DNA from: Eledone cirrhosa | Lineage: Eukaryota | DNA length: 64,000 nucleotides | Reading direction: 5' to 3' | Assembly (NCBI GenBank): GCA_964016885.1 | Contig: OZ024746.1 | Span: forward strand, 1-64,000 | Part shown: piece by piece, positions 1 through 13,270 of the stretch | Numbering within the stretch: the first letter of the stretch is position 1 | Layout: each line of letters opens with the position of its first letter | Notes under the pieces: model-generated | Seen by the model: only the letters and a program-made list of their open reading frames with translations | The model's database searches: none | Told to the model about the DNA's origin: nothing | Translations under genes and position numbers: made by a program

Positions 1-511
1 CTGGGTGCTTTTTGTCGTGACACCTACACAACGATTTTACATTGTGGACTGGGTGCTTTTTGTTGTGATACCCTACACAACCACTTTACAGTGTGGGCTA
101 GGGACTTAGGGGCAGAGTATATCTAGGGCATGTATGAGGGAGCAGTGTTAGAGAGTGGCTAGAGTGTTAGGATGTGCGGGGGGGGGGGGGGGGGGGGTAA
201 AGAGAGGGGGTGTCATGAGGGGGAGGTAGAGCATACAAGATGTATGCTTCAATCTGTACAGTTAATTTTATGTAGCGTGAAAAAGAATGGACGTTAACCG
301 GTGATGATGATATAGACTTTAAACAAAATAATTTAGCAGCACAGTTCCAGGTGGTTTGCTACCAAAACGGGCAAATCATAAAGAAATCTGATAATGTCTT
401 TTTCTGTGTCTTGAATTTTCTATAAAACTTACCAAGTAGAATCAGATTAGGAGACAATTACATTTCAAATAAAATAAAATTATTAATCTAATGAAAAGTT
501 GAAATATTTAC

Positions 512-589
512 CATCCAATCACCTACTAAAGGCCCTCGACCAGTCTTTTTTGATTTAAATGTTGTTGGATCCTCATCTTTTTTGTAGTC
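512..589 (-). CDS. PITP internal coding exon E (78 nt, phase 0 to 0)
   Basis: DYKKDEDPTTFKSKKTGRGPLVGDWM, with the conserved EDP..FKS.KTGRGPL motif (S166-equivalent site). Acceptor tttctcAG, donor GTAAAT. Further 3' exons must lie left of the window. Confidence 0.95.
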
Positions 590-1264
590 CTGAGAAAATA
601 GAATCAGTTTATGTATGTTACGTTCATTTTAATATCCTGTAATGATTTAACTGAAAATATATAAAAACGGGTTTGTTACCCCAAATGTTTATAGTATATT
701 TTTCTAGTGGGCAGATATTGTGAAAATTTGCAATATTCAAATAAAAACTTTTGTTAAGACTGTTGTGCTAATGCAGTTTCATGTGACACAGTGTGTTAAA
801 AGTTAACAAAATTAAACACATGGTCATTTTGAAAAACAAAAATTTAACATCTTAACTATAAGGAAACCCAATTTCTAATTAAATGCTTGTGTTTGTGACC
901 GTGTATGTGTGTGTGTTTCTTTGTATCTCTTCTCTCCATTTGATATTATTAAAACACAGGCAGTGATAGCTCAGCTATAAGACATGCAAAGATCTCTACC
1001 TTATTTAAAAAGCAAGCGATGTTTTGCACCAGGAAGGGCAACTGACCATAGAATGCTACTTCAAAAAGCCTTATCAAACCCATGCCAGCACATTAAACAA
1101 TGACAATAACTTTGGTAATGATAAAAGAAGCCCCCTAACTTCTTAATTGAATAATTCCTTGTGTGTATCTGGTTTAGAATAGGTACACCATATACCTGCA
1201 TATCATAAGGGTTGACTAAAAGGGTTGGCATCCGATATTAAACCAATTTTTACAAGACATTTAC

Positions 1265-1617
1265 ATATCATCATCATCATCATCATTATTTCATTTTACG
1301 TCCGCTTTTTCCCTGCTTGCAAGGGTGGGACGGGAACTGATTCTGGCTTGTTTCTACAGCTGGATGCCCTTCCTAACACCAACCTCATTTACAGTGAGTG
1401 CTGGGTGCTTTTTTGCCATGGCACCTCCACGACCACTCTACAGTGGAATGATATGGACCCCAGTCCCTATCATCTCATTTCTACACCTGAGTAAACTGGA
1501 GCAATGTGAAATAAAGTGTCTTGCTCAAGGAAACAACACATCACTCGGTCTGAGAATTGAACTCACAATCGTTCGATTGCAAGGCCAATACTCTAACCAC
1601 TAAGCCATGTGCCTCCC
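1265..1617 (-). mobile_element. tRNA-derived SINE with RTE-type 3' tail
   Basis: The reverse complement has an A box (TGGCTTAGTGG), a B box (GAGTTCAATTC), a shared core and the tail CCCTTGCAAGCAGGGAAAAAGCGGACGTAAAATGA(TGA)n. Near-identical copies at 14768, 55905 and 60019. Confidence 0.85.
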
Positions 1618-3223
1618 ATATAATTCTACATATTACTAACTAAACCACTTTTACTTTGATCCAGAATATCTAGTTTTTTGCTGTTACTTGTGTGAGTTGT
1701 ATTTTGATTATGTTGTGAAGAAATAGAAAATATACATGACAGTATTAAACAAACATCAAAATAGAGGTATCTAAACACTTTAAATATGAGTAGAATAACA
1801 AATTTCATTTCAACAGGCATGGCTATGTGGTTAAGAAGTGCACTCCACAATCATACTGTGTGTCACCTTAGGCAAGTGTCTTCTACTATAGATTTGAGTT
1901 GACTATGGCTTGTGGGTGAAATTTAGTAGATGGAAGCTGCATAAAAGTCTATCGTGTGTGTGTGTGTTCTGCATATATTTTTATGTTGACATCATCAATA
2001 TGACATTGTTGTTTATTCATATTTATGTTATCATAATATATACTATATAGTGACATTAATATTTTAAATATATTAATATATTCAAACCAGCAAATTGGCA
2101 GTTATTAGTGCATTGAATAGAATGATTTGCAATATTAAATTCAAATAAAATGGTGTTTATATATATTTATGTTTTGCACCTTAGTGTGTCAACATTGACA
2201 ACCAGTGAAATAAAATACCATACTTAAAAATAAAGTAGGGCATGGTGTCAGGAAAGGTATCTGCTAATAGAATAATGCTTCAAAAATGTTTTATCAAACC
2301 CATGCCAGCATAGAAAAGTAGATGCAAAATGTACTGAAGTCGATAATACCTATATCTAATATCCAAAAACATATCACATGATTTTTTGTTGTTGCTATTG
2401 GACTTCACCATAGCAATAATGTGTTTTATTCTACCCAGAAAGTCTTCATCCAATGCTGTATGACGGCTCAGCAGCTATGCTGGGCCTACCTATCCAGACA
2501 TGTTGGATGGGATGAAATTTGAATTCAGAACACAGACAGAAGAAATACTATAATCGTTTCTACTTTTGGCACAAGGCCAGCAATTACCCAGTACATTACT
2601 TTATTTTATCGACCCTGTAAAAATGAAAGGCAAAGTTAACCTCGACGGGATTATCATAATGAATCTTGTTTAATACTCTAACAATTTCACCATTGCCCTT
2701 GGACTGCTATTTTATTTATCAACACCAAAAGGATGAAAGCCAGAGTTTACCTTGACAAGATCTAAATTCAAATACTGCAAAGCATTCTATTCAATGCATA
2801 AACAACTGTCAATTTGCAGTTTTGAATATATTAATATATTTAATATGTCACATTGTGGTGCTATACAATATATATTATGATAAAATGAACACAGACATGG
2901 GTGAGTGATTAAGTTTGCTCCTCAACCATTAGCTCTTGGGTTCAATCCCATCATGTGGCTCCTTAGCCAACTATTTCTGGGTTGACCCAAGGCTTGTGAA
3001 ATTCAGTTGACAGAAACTGTGTGAAAGCCTGTCAGATGGATTATACCTGTAATTGAAAGGGTCTATCCTTGTCATAATGTGTATATGGAATATTCAACAA
3101 CTTTCATGGAGGATGCATCATTATAATAAAATATAAATTTGATAGATAACATTTAATGCTGTCAATATAATAACAAGAACTTCAAAAGTAATAAAGAGTG
3201 AGAAATAAAAAAACCATATTTAC

Positions 3224-3307
3224 CCTACTAGAGACTACGCTGTTGTTACTAATATCAATCATGTTAACATTCCTAGATTTTAGTGTTTCAGGTGGAAGGT
3301 TGTGAGC
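3224..3307 (-). CDS. PITP internal coding exon D (84 nt, phase 0 to 0)
   Basis: AHNLPPETLKSRNVNMIDISNNSVVSSR corresponds to PITPalpha [28 protein letters not shown]. Acceptor tattacAG, donor GTAAAT. Confidence 0.9.
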
Positions 3308-3444
3308 CTGTAATAGAGACAACAAATGGAACTATTAAATTCTATTTCACAATCTATCAAAAAAGGAGAAAGTAGAATCAATAAAAAATATATACCGCTT
3401 TGAAGTAAGAGCGAGCCTTAAATCCAAAGAATATGTACACAGTA

Positions 3445-3640
3445 AGGTACAGTGGGGTACCTAGTGGTACAGTGATGTACCTAGTGGTACAGTGATGTAC
3501 CTAGTGGTACAATGGGGTACCTAGTGGTACAGTGGGGTACCTAGTGGTACAGTGGGGTACCTAGTGGTACAGTGGGTTAACTAGTGGTACAGTGGGGTAC
3601 CTAGTGGTACAGTGGAGTACCTAGTAGTAGTGGGGTACAA
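3445..3640. repeat. 20-bp minisatellite (GGTACAGTGGGGTACCTAGT)n, about 9 copies
   Basis: Directly visible tandem repeat. Confidence 0.95.
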
Positions 3641-3707
3641 GTACTTAACAATATAAGCAACCAGAAAACTTTCTATTAATTATTAGGTTTGTTCAGATTG
3701 TCAAGAC

Positions 3708-5447
3708 CTACCACACCCACTACACCCTACACCACCATCCAACCCACCCACTACACCACCACCCAACCCACCCACAACACCACCATCCAACACACAAACC
3801 CACTACACCACCATCCAACCCACCCACTACACCACCATCCAACACACAAACCCACTACACCACCATCCAACCCACCCACTACACCACCATCCAACACACA
3901 CACCCACTACACCACCATCCAACACACCCACCCACTACACCACCATCCAACACACACCCACTACACCACCATCCAACGCACACACACTACACCACCATCC
4001 AACACACACACACTACACCACCATCCAACACACACCCACCACACCACCATCCAACACACACCCACTACACCACCATCCAACACACACCCACTACACCACC
4101 ATCCAACACACACACACTACACCACCATCCAACACACACACACACTACACCACCATCCAACACACACACACACTACACCACCATCCAACACACACACACT
4201 ACACCACCATCCAACACACACCCACTACACCACCATCCAACACACACCCACTACACCACCATCTAACACACACCCACTACACCACCATCCAACACACACC
4301 CACTACACCACCATCCAACACACACCCACTACACCACCATCCAACACACACACACTACACCACCATCCAACACACACACACTACACCACCATCCAACACA
4401 CACACACTACACCACCATCCAACACACACACACTACACCACCATCCAACACACACACACTACACCACCATCCAACACACACACTACACCACCATCCAACA
4501 CACACACACTACACCACCATCCAACACACACTACACCACCATCCAACACACACACACTACACCACCATCCAACACACACACACTACACCACCATCCAACA
4601 CACACCCACTACACCACCATTCAACACACACCCACTACACCACCATCCAACACACACCCACTACACCACCATCCAACACACACACACTACACCACCATCC
4701 AACACACACCCACTACACCACCATCCAACACACACCCACTACACCACCATCCAACACACACCCACTACACCACCATCCAACACACACCCACTACACCACC
4801 ATCCAACACACACCCACTACACCACCATCCAACACACACACACTACACCACCATCCAACACACACCCACTACACCACCATCCAACACACACACACTACAC
4901 CACCATCCAACACACACACACACTACACCACCATCCAACACACACACACTACACCACCATCCAACACACACACACTACACCACCATCCAACACACACACA
5001 CTACACCACCATCCAACACACACACACACTACACCACCATCCAACACACACACACTACACCACCATCCAACACACACACACTACACCACCATCCAACACA
5101 CACACACACACTACACCACCATCCAACACACACACACTACACCACCATCCAACACACACACACTACACCACCATCCAACACACACACACTACACCACCAT
5201 CCAACACACACACACTACACCACCATCCAACACACACACACTACACCACCATCCAACACACACACACTACACCACCATCCAACACACACACACTACACCA
5301 CCATCCAACACACACACACTACACCACCATCCAACACACACACACTACACCACCATCCAACACACACACACTACACCACCATCCAACACACACACACTAC
5401 ACCACCATCCAACACACACACACTACACCACCATCCAACACACCCAC
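3708..5447. repeat. ~27-33-bp minisatellite CTACACCACCATCCAA(CA)n, about 1.7 kb
   Basis: Fixed core plus a variable CA run; it accounts for the spurious 600-aa ORF 3689-5491. Confidence 0.95.
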
Positions 5448-6779
5448 CGACTTTATCATCAGATATCCATGACATTATCAAAACAACTTAAAATGTAAAG
5501 TGTACTGAAGATAAGCAATTAGATCAATAGGGTTTACATTATCAGCTCGAGGCATGTTAACAGGATGTAAAAAGCTCATTGCCTCTCAAGTGGAACTTGC
5601 AGGACAGAAATCATCATTTAATATCCATTATCCCTGCTAGCAAGGGTTGGATGGGTCAGCAGAGACCAAGCTAGTAGTTAATCAGAGCTACTGATGTGCT
5701 GGGGCCACTTTTCAATTTAAATGCAATCCACCACCTGCATTAAGGGTGTTGTTATGTCTTTGACACAATTGAGGAGCCCTCTCTACCCTTTGTCTGGCAA
5801 TGTTTCTAGTTAGATACTCTTCCAACCACTTTACTGAGTATACTGGGTGTGTTTTACAGCATCACTGACACTAGGGAGATTGTTATGTCCATGAAACACT
5901 GAAGAGTCCTTTCAACAAGGAGATAAAAAAAATAGCCATTTCTGATTCTAAAGTCTATTTCTGTAAAGCAACTGAGAGTAAAAGACTAACTCCCCACCCC
6001 CCACCAAGGCAGGACACCAGTCCATTGCAGAGTTAAACTCCCAGCTGTTGCTGATACTTATTTTCATCTGAGTATACTAGAGCAACGTGAAATGAAGTGT
6101 TTTGCTCAAAAATACAACACAAAACCCACAACATTCTGCTTGTAAGTCCAGCACCCTTATCACTGGACCACACATCTCTTTTTTGATTCACAGATGGAAA
6201 TCAAACAACAACTAAACATAATTAACTATATGTACAGAGTGTCACTTGTTGCCAACATCACATTCCATTTCTTTTAACAAAGAACTCTAACCTTGAAATA
6301 TCATGAAATATAAGTCCATGTGTCACGATAAAATGTTTTAAGTACATGCTATAAATTGGTTGGCATTAGAAAGAGCATCCAGCTGTAGAAACCATAGTAA
6401 ACTGACTGGTCTAGCCTCAGAACATGACAACCAGTCTAACTTACGCAGGGAAAAATAGATGTTAAATAGCGATGGTAAGGTAAAAGTGTAAATTGTTTTG
6501 TTTTGTTTTTCTTACTTTATTCTATTTTCACTCCTGTATTTCTAATTTACACTGAACCAGCTTCTCTAAATTAATCATAACTGAAGACTAATGGTTAAAA
6601 ATAGGCATTACTTGGGATAAAAACTCAACTAATTCTTCTGGATATATTCTGTAAGGAACAGGTAATGAGGGGAATTAAGAAAAATCTAAAAAAAAAAAAA
6701 GTAAAACAAGAGAGGGAGGAAGAAAGAGAGATGGGTCGAGGGAGATGAAGTGCGAGGAGAGTGCTAAAACAAAACTTAC

Positions 6780-6857
6780 ATTTTCAATTTCTCCATTGCC
6801 TGGCAGATGAATAGTTTCTATTTTTAAAACAAAGTTTTCTTTCATGAACCCAGGATT
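6780..6857 (-). CDS. PITP internal coding exon C (78 nt, phase 0 to 0)
   Basis: NPGFMKENFVLKIETIHLPGNGEIEN aligns by eye to PITPalpha [25 protein letters not shown]. Acceptor tctctcAG, donor GTAAGT. Confidence 0.95.
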
Positions 6858-6868
6858 CTGAGAGAAAA

Positions 6869-7984
6869 GAAATATAATAAACATTGGCATCAATAACAGT
6901 TTCTGTTATCATCATCATCATATATTCTTTAATCAGTTAAGTATGTTAGTCTATTTTCTTCAGGTTTCACATGATACAAACACACATGTACGTACGTACA
7001 TATGTATGTCAATGGATACCGAGTATTTGGCAAAGACACTGTTGATGATAATGTGCAAGCATTTTTATATTTTGCTGGTATGTGAGCCAAGTTTCACATG
7101 CATACAACAATGAAGACAATATTTAAATTCTTGAACATTTTCAATAATGTCTTTGTCGAATAATTGGTATGCATTGGCAATCACATATGAGTGATGTTAA
7201 AGTACTGAAACAGTCATTTTGAAATGAGTGAATCTCTCAGAATTAAATATAAATTGCTTTGAAGCAGCAAGGTTGTACAAATGCCAGATCATCATGTTCC
7301 TCAACAGTTATTGTATGGGGAGTTAGTGAATGGCAAACAGCCAAGGTATAAACCAAAAGAGTTTTGATAAAGTAAAAAATCAGAGAAGATAACTGGGAGG
7401 CTGTTGCCTTAGATCAATCATCTTGAAGGAAAACTGTTTAATGGAAAACAGGAATTTTTAAAATTAATGAGAGGTCTGCATAAGGGTGGACACGATATTA
7501 CTTTACCTGGATATTCAGATGCTCAAAATGACTTTATGTGCAATGAGTGTGGCTGAATTTGCTCAATAAAGCTGGTCTTAAAAATCACCATAGAAGCCAA
7601 GTACAAAATGTTGTCGATTATAGTCTATTTTGGCATTTCTTCCTCTTGGAAGCGTCGAAAACAGTGTGCCTCAGCTAGTGGACCCCAATGTCATTTGAAA
7701 ACTCACCAAATAAAAACAGAACCAAATTGGAAGTAATGATCATCATTGTGGCAAATGCAGAAAGGAATGTAGTAATGTTGATGCTATGATAAACTACACC
7801 AAAAATGGTAGTATTGGCATCATGCACTCAGTACAATGTAAAGTGGTAGTGCTGGTACCATATTAAAATTAACCCAGTTAACACTGTGAAGAGGCACGAT
7901 AAAATGCACCCATTACATGCAGCAAAGTGGTGTCACGAAAGGCATCCAGCTGTAGAAACCATGCCAAAATGGAATGTATAAGCA
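6869..7984 (+). repeat. Arm 1 of a ~1.1-kb inverted duplication (partner 11346-12485)
   Basis: Reverse complement of 11346-12485 with a few substitutions and two ~12-nt indels. Contains an old RTE remnant (VVQMPDHHVPQQLLYGELVNGK, about 7270-7340) and SINE sequence. Confidence 0.95.
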
Positions 7985-8389
7985 AGAGGTGGTCATCTGT
8001 CCTAATAGTCTCAGAATGTGACAACTCGTCCAACCCAAGCCAACAGAAAACACACATTTGTGTGTATGTGTGTCTAGTATCAAGAGTTTACGTAGACTAG
8101 ATAAAGGAAAAAGAGTGCTCTATGTTAAGTACAGAGCTAGAGTATATTATTATAAATTCTCTTCACAGTTGCTTGCTACCTAAGATTATATATATATGTA
8201 TATATACATAATAAAATGCACCCTGTACACACTGTAAAGTGGTTGGCATTAGGAAGGATATCCAGCTGCAGAACCCATGCAAAAAACAGAACACATGAGC
8301 ATGATATGATCCTCACAGACATATCCAGTCCTCGACCATTGCCAACTCATCTAGTCCATACAAATAAACAGAATCGATACTTAAAAAGT

Positions 8390-8764
8390 GTAAGAAACTT
8401 ACTAAATCTGAATAAGTAACTGACTGTGATTATAGTTCGGCAATAAGGGTAAGAAACTTGCTAAATCTGAATAAGTAACTCACTGTGATTATAGTTCGGC
8501 AATAGGGGTAAGAAACTTGCTAAATCTGAATAAGTAACTGACTGTGATTATAGTTCGGCAATAAGGGTAAGAAATTTGCTAAATCTGAATAAGTAACTCA
8601 CTGTGATTCCAGTTCGGCAATAAGAGTAAGCATTAAGTAACTGACTGTGATTCTAGTTCAGCAATAAGGGTAAGCAATAAGTAACTCACTGTGATTATAG
8701 TTCGGCAATAAGGGTAAGCAATAAGTAACTCACTGTGATTATAGTTCGGCAATAAGGGTAAGCA
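8390..8764 (-). repeat. Tandem array (7 copies; 44- and 59-nt periods) of the PITP exon B 3' end plus splice donor
   Basis: On the minus strand the unit is TTACCCTTATTGCCGAACTATAATCACA|GT(G/C)AGTTACTTA. Donor G positions are 8733, 8689, 8645, 8601, 8542, 8483 and 8424. Confidence 0.95.
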
Positions 8765-8833
8765 TTCCAGGCCTTTTCATGAATTTCAAGGGAACCATTT
8801 GGAGCCATCATTCTAATTATGTTTGGCACTTTA
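8734..8833 (-). CDS. PITP internal coding exon B (100 nt, phase 2 to 0)
   Basis: Not in the ORF track; read manually as (N)[33 protein letters not shown], containing the conserved [13 protein letters not shown] motif. Acceptor ttttttcAG, donor GTGAGT. Phase matches exon A (AA+T = Asn). Confidence 0.96.
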
Positions 8834-9007
8834 CTGAAAAAATAAAATAAATAAATCGTAATTGATCATGTAAACTAATCAGCTCTACACACGAGGCTGA
8901 CATCTTCATAGGCTAACTATGAAGGTGTAATGTTAGAGTTGTGAAATCTTGCATGCATTATATATATATATATATATGTGTCTGTGTATGTATACATATA
9001 TATATAT

Positions 9008-9300
9008 ATCATCATCATTTTACGTCCGCTTTCCCTGCTGTGTATAAGAGGGATAAGTTGTGTGCGGGTGAGAAGACTGCATTGGTATGGACATGTGATG
9101 TGCATGGAGGATGACCGCTGGGTAAAGAAGTGCCAAGAAATCCCAGTAGAGGAAGACCAGGAAAAACATGGGTGGAGGTGGGGAGAGCTGATCTTAGATC
9201 GCTGAAGTTCACGGAGGAGATAACGAAGGACAGTGATGAAAGGAGAGATGTTGTGCTGAATGGGACCCGTCCAACCCTTGCAAGCAGGGAAGAGCAGTCA
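9008..9300 (+). mobile_element. RTE LINE (family B) 3' fragment preceded by an inverted copy of its own tail
   Basis: IRGISCVRVRRLHWYGHVMCMEDDRWVKKC; inverted tail ATCATTTTACGTCCGCTTTCCCTGCT at about 9013-9038. Confidence 0.8.
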
Positions 9301-9304
9301 TATG

Positions 9305-9363
<59 letters not shown>

Positions 9364-9364
9364 T

Positions 9365-9530
9365 AAAGAGTCCAGACTGACGGCTGAGCTCCGGCTGTTT
9401 CAACAACTAGATCTGAAACATCGGATCTAGCTGTCGCAACAGCCAGAGCTCAGCCGTCGGGTTTCTGATTCTTTTCCTCTTACCCACCCGACTTCGCTAC
9501 GTATTGAGTACTCTGGAGCGTTATGGTCCA
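9365..9530. other. Long imperfect hairpin element (family shared with 63154-63335)
   Basis: GACGGCTGAGCTCCGGCTGTT...CTAGATCTGA aaca TCGGATCTAG...AACAGCCAGAGCTCAGCCGTC, followed by GTATTGAGTACT. Confidence 0.75.
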
Positions 9531-9619
9531 CCTGATATCTTACCACACCCTCTTTGTTCTTTGTTATGTGTGTACATATATAAGTATATGTATGTGTGTA
9601 TATACACACACACACACAC

Positions 9620-10037
9620 AATGTACAGGGAAAGTTGGCAGTAGTAATTGCAGTGATAGACACATTTTTCCAATGAAGGTGGGTTCTATAGAAGTGTGTG
9701 ATAGCTTCCAGTACCTAGGTGATCAGATTAGCAGGGGAGGGGGGGATTTCCGAGGCCATAGAATCTAGAATAAGGACGGGTTGGAAGAAGTTTAGGGAGT
9801 TGCTTCTCCCTGCGTACGACAGGACGGTTATGTGATGCCTGTGTGAGATGCGAAATGTTGCATGGTAGTGAGACTTGGGCAGCAACTGCAGAGGATATGT
9901 GACGGCTGGTGAGAAATGAAGCAAGCATGCTCCATTGGATGTGCAATGTCAATGTTTGTGAACGACCGAGCATAGATGTGTTGAGAGAGAAACTGGGTAT
10001 AAGAGGGATAAGTTGTAGTGTGCGGGAGAGAAGGCTG
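9620..10037 (+). mobile_element. RTE LINE (family B) internal fragment
   Basis: [11 protein letters not shown]... and [15 protein letters not shown], homologous to 19147-21470. Confidence 0.85.
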
Positions 10038-11270
10038 TATGTATATATATATGTATATATATATATATATATATGTGTATATATATATATGTATATATAT
10101 ATATACATACACACATATATATATATATACATACACACACATATATATATATACATACACACACATATATATATATACATACACACATATATATATATAC
10201 ATACACACATATATATATATACATACACACATATATATATACATACACATATATACATACACATATATATATACATACACATATATATATACATACATAC
10301 ACATATATATATACATACATACACACATATATATATACATACATACACACATATATATATACATACATACACACATATATATATATACATACATACACAT
10401 ATATATATATATATACATACACACATATATATATATACATACATACACATATATATATATATACATACATACACATATATATATATATATACATACATAC
10501 ACACATATATATATATACATACATACACATATATATATATATATACATACATACACACATATATATATATACATACATACACATATATATATATATACAT
10601 ACATATATATATATACATACATACACATATATATATATATACATACACATATATATATATATACATACATACATATATATATATACATACATACACATAT
10701 ATATATATATACATACATACACATATATATATATATATACATACATACACATATATATATATATATACATACATACACATATATATATATATACATACAT
10801 ACACATATATATATACATACATACATACACATATATATATATACATACATACACATATATATATACATACACATATATATATATATACATACATACACAT
10901 ATATATATACATACACATATATATATATACATACATACACATATATATATATACATACACATATATATATATATACATACATACACATATATATATACAT
11001 ACATACACATATATATATACATACATACACATATATATATACATACACATATATATATACATACACATATATATATATACACATACATACACATATATAT
11101 ATACATACACATATATATATATATACATACATACACATATACATACACATATATATATACATACATACATACACATATATATATATACATACACATATAT
11201 ATATACATACATATATATATATATACATATATACATATACATATATACATATATATATATATATACACAC
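10038..11270. repeat. (TA)n/(TACA)n compound microsatellite, 1.2 kb
   Basis: Directly visible. Confidence 0.97.
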
Positions 11271-11345
11271 AAAATTAAGCCACTCTACCTGGCATTCGTC
11301 TATCTCGAGAAAACCTTTGACAGAGTTCCACGTGCTATAATCTGG

Positions 11346-12485
11346 TGCTTATACATTCCATTTTGGCATGGTTTCTACAGCTGGATGCCCTTCATGACAC
11401 CACTTTGCTGCATGTAATGGGTGCATTTTATCATGACACCAGCAGTGCCTCTTCACAGTGTTAACTGGGTTAATTTTAATATGGTACCAGCACTACCACT
11501 TTACATTGTACTGAGTGCATGATGCCAATACTACCATTTTTCAGAGTGTCCTTGGTGTAGTTTATCATAGCATCAACATTACTACATTCCTTTCTGCATT
11601 TGCCACAATGATGATCATTACTTCCAATTTGGTTCTGTTTTTATTTGGTGAGTTTTCAAATGACATTGGGGTCCACTAGCTGAGGCACACTGTTTTCGAC
11701 GCTTCCAAGAGGAAGAAATGCCAAAATAGACTATAATCGACAACATTTTGTACTTGGCTTCTATGGTGATTTTTAAGACCAGCTTTATTGAGCAAATTCA
11801 GCCACACTCATTGCACATAAAGTCATTTTGAGCATCTGAATATCCAGGTAAAGTAATATCGTGTCCACCCTTATGCAGACCTCTCATTAATTTTAAAAAT
11901 TCCTGTTTTCCATTAAACAGTTTTCCTTCAAGATGATTGATCTAAGGCAACAGCCTCCCAGTTATCTTCTCTGATTTTTTACTTTATCAAAACTCTTTTG
12001 GTTTATACCTTGGCTGTTTGCCATTCACTAACTCCCCATACAATAACTGTTGAGGAACATGATGATCTGGCATTTGTACAACCTTGCTGCTTCAAAGCAA
12101 TTTATATTTAATTCTGAGAGATTCACTCATTTCAAAATGACTGTTTCAGTATTTTAACATCACTCATATGTGATTGCCAATGCATACCAATTATTCGACA
12201 AAGACATTATTGAAAATGTTCAAGAATTTAAATATTGTCTTCATTGTTGTATGCATGTGAAACTTGGCTCACATACCAGCAAAATATAAATATGCTTGCA
12301 CATTATCATCAACAGTGTCTTTGCCAAATACTCGGTATCCATTGACATACATATGTACGTACGTACATGTATGTTTGTATCATGTGAAACCTGAAGAAAA
12401 TAGACTAACATACTTAACTGATTAAAGAGTATATGATGATGATGATAACAGAAACTGTTATTGATGCCAATGTTTATTATATTTC
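11346..12485 (-). repeat. Arm 2 of the ~1.1-kb inverted duplication (partner 6869-7984)
   Basis: Starts TGCTTATACATTCC (reverse complement of 7971-7984) and ends TGTTTATTATATTTC (reverse complement of 6869-6883). Confidence 0.95.
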
Positions 12486-13270
12486 ACGCCATCTTCTCCA
12501 TGAGCCTTGCCCTCCTTGATCCTCTTCTTGGCTCTCTGAAGCTCATCTCTGGTGAAGGGCTCTGTCTCAATATACAGTTCTTCAAACAGCCGCCTGATCT
12601 CCCCAGTGCTCTGGGCTGTGGAGGGTGGCTCTCCTAGTAGGGTCCTAAAATGGTCTAGCCATTTCCTCTTTCTATCCTCAGGGATCTGTTCCCTGGATCT
12701 GACTCAAACACCTTCTCTTCCTCCCTGTGATCTTGTTTATGATCATCCAGCTCCCCTTACGTCCAGACCTGTCAACCGCTTTCTCCACACTTCTGATCTT
12801 CTCTATCAGTGCACCCTCTCTGGCCTCAGTGTAAGCGGTACAGAGTTCTTCCCTCATCACCTCCACAGTCTTCTCCGTAGGATCAGCATAGAATTGGTCC
12901 TTGGCAGCATTCAGGTGTTCACTGGCTGCACACACTTTTGGGTCTGCAGAGCTGACGTGCTTCCTTTTGTTCTTTCTCCTCGGCACCAAGGTCTAACTTG
13001 CTTCCGCCACTGCATTGGTGAAGTGCCTGTACCTCTTCGTCACACTCTCCTCAGTCCATCCAATCTCTCTCTCCTATGTCTCTCCACACAGAGCACTGAA
13101 CCTGTTCCTCACTTCCACTGTGAACTTCTCCTGTAGCTTATCACCTTCCTTGAAAGCTCCCCAGTCATAGATTGCTCTCCGGGGCTGAGCCTTGCTCTTT
13201 CTTAAGCTCACCCGGACCTCACTCATAACAAGCCGGTGGTCACTACCCAGTGTACTGAAATAGTTGTCCT
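12486..13270 (-). mobile_element. LINE (probably RTE clade) ORF segment from the endonuclease C-terminus to the start of RT, 3' truncated
   Basis: The minus strand reads NYFSTLGSDHRLVMSEVRVSLRK...WLDHFRTLL...EPFTRDELQRAKKRIKEGKAHGEDGV. Confidence 0.85.

Noticed and set aside
3689-5491. 600-aa His/Thr/Pro-rich ORF
   Set aside because: A minisatellite cycling through three frames, with a non-ATG start, antisense within a PITP intron.
8390-8764. CRISPR-like appearance of regularly spaced repeats
   Set aside because: No unique spacers, no cas genes, eukaryotic context; the unit derives from the adjacent exon end.
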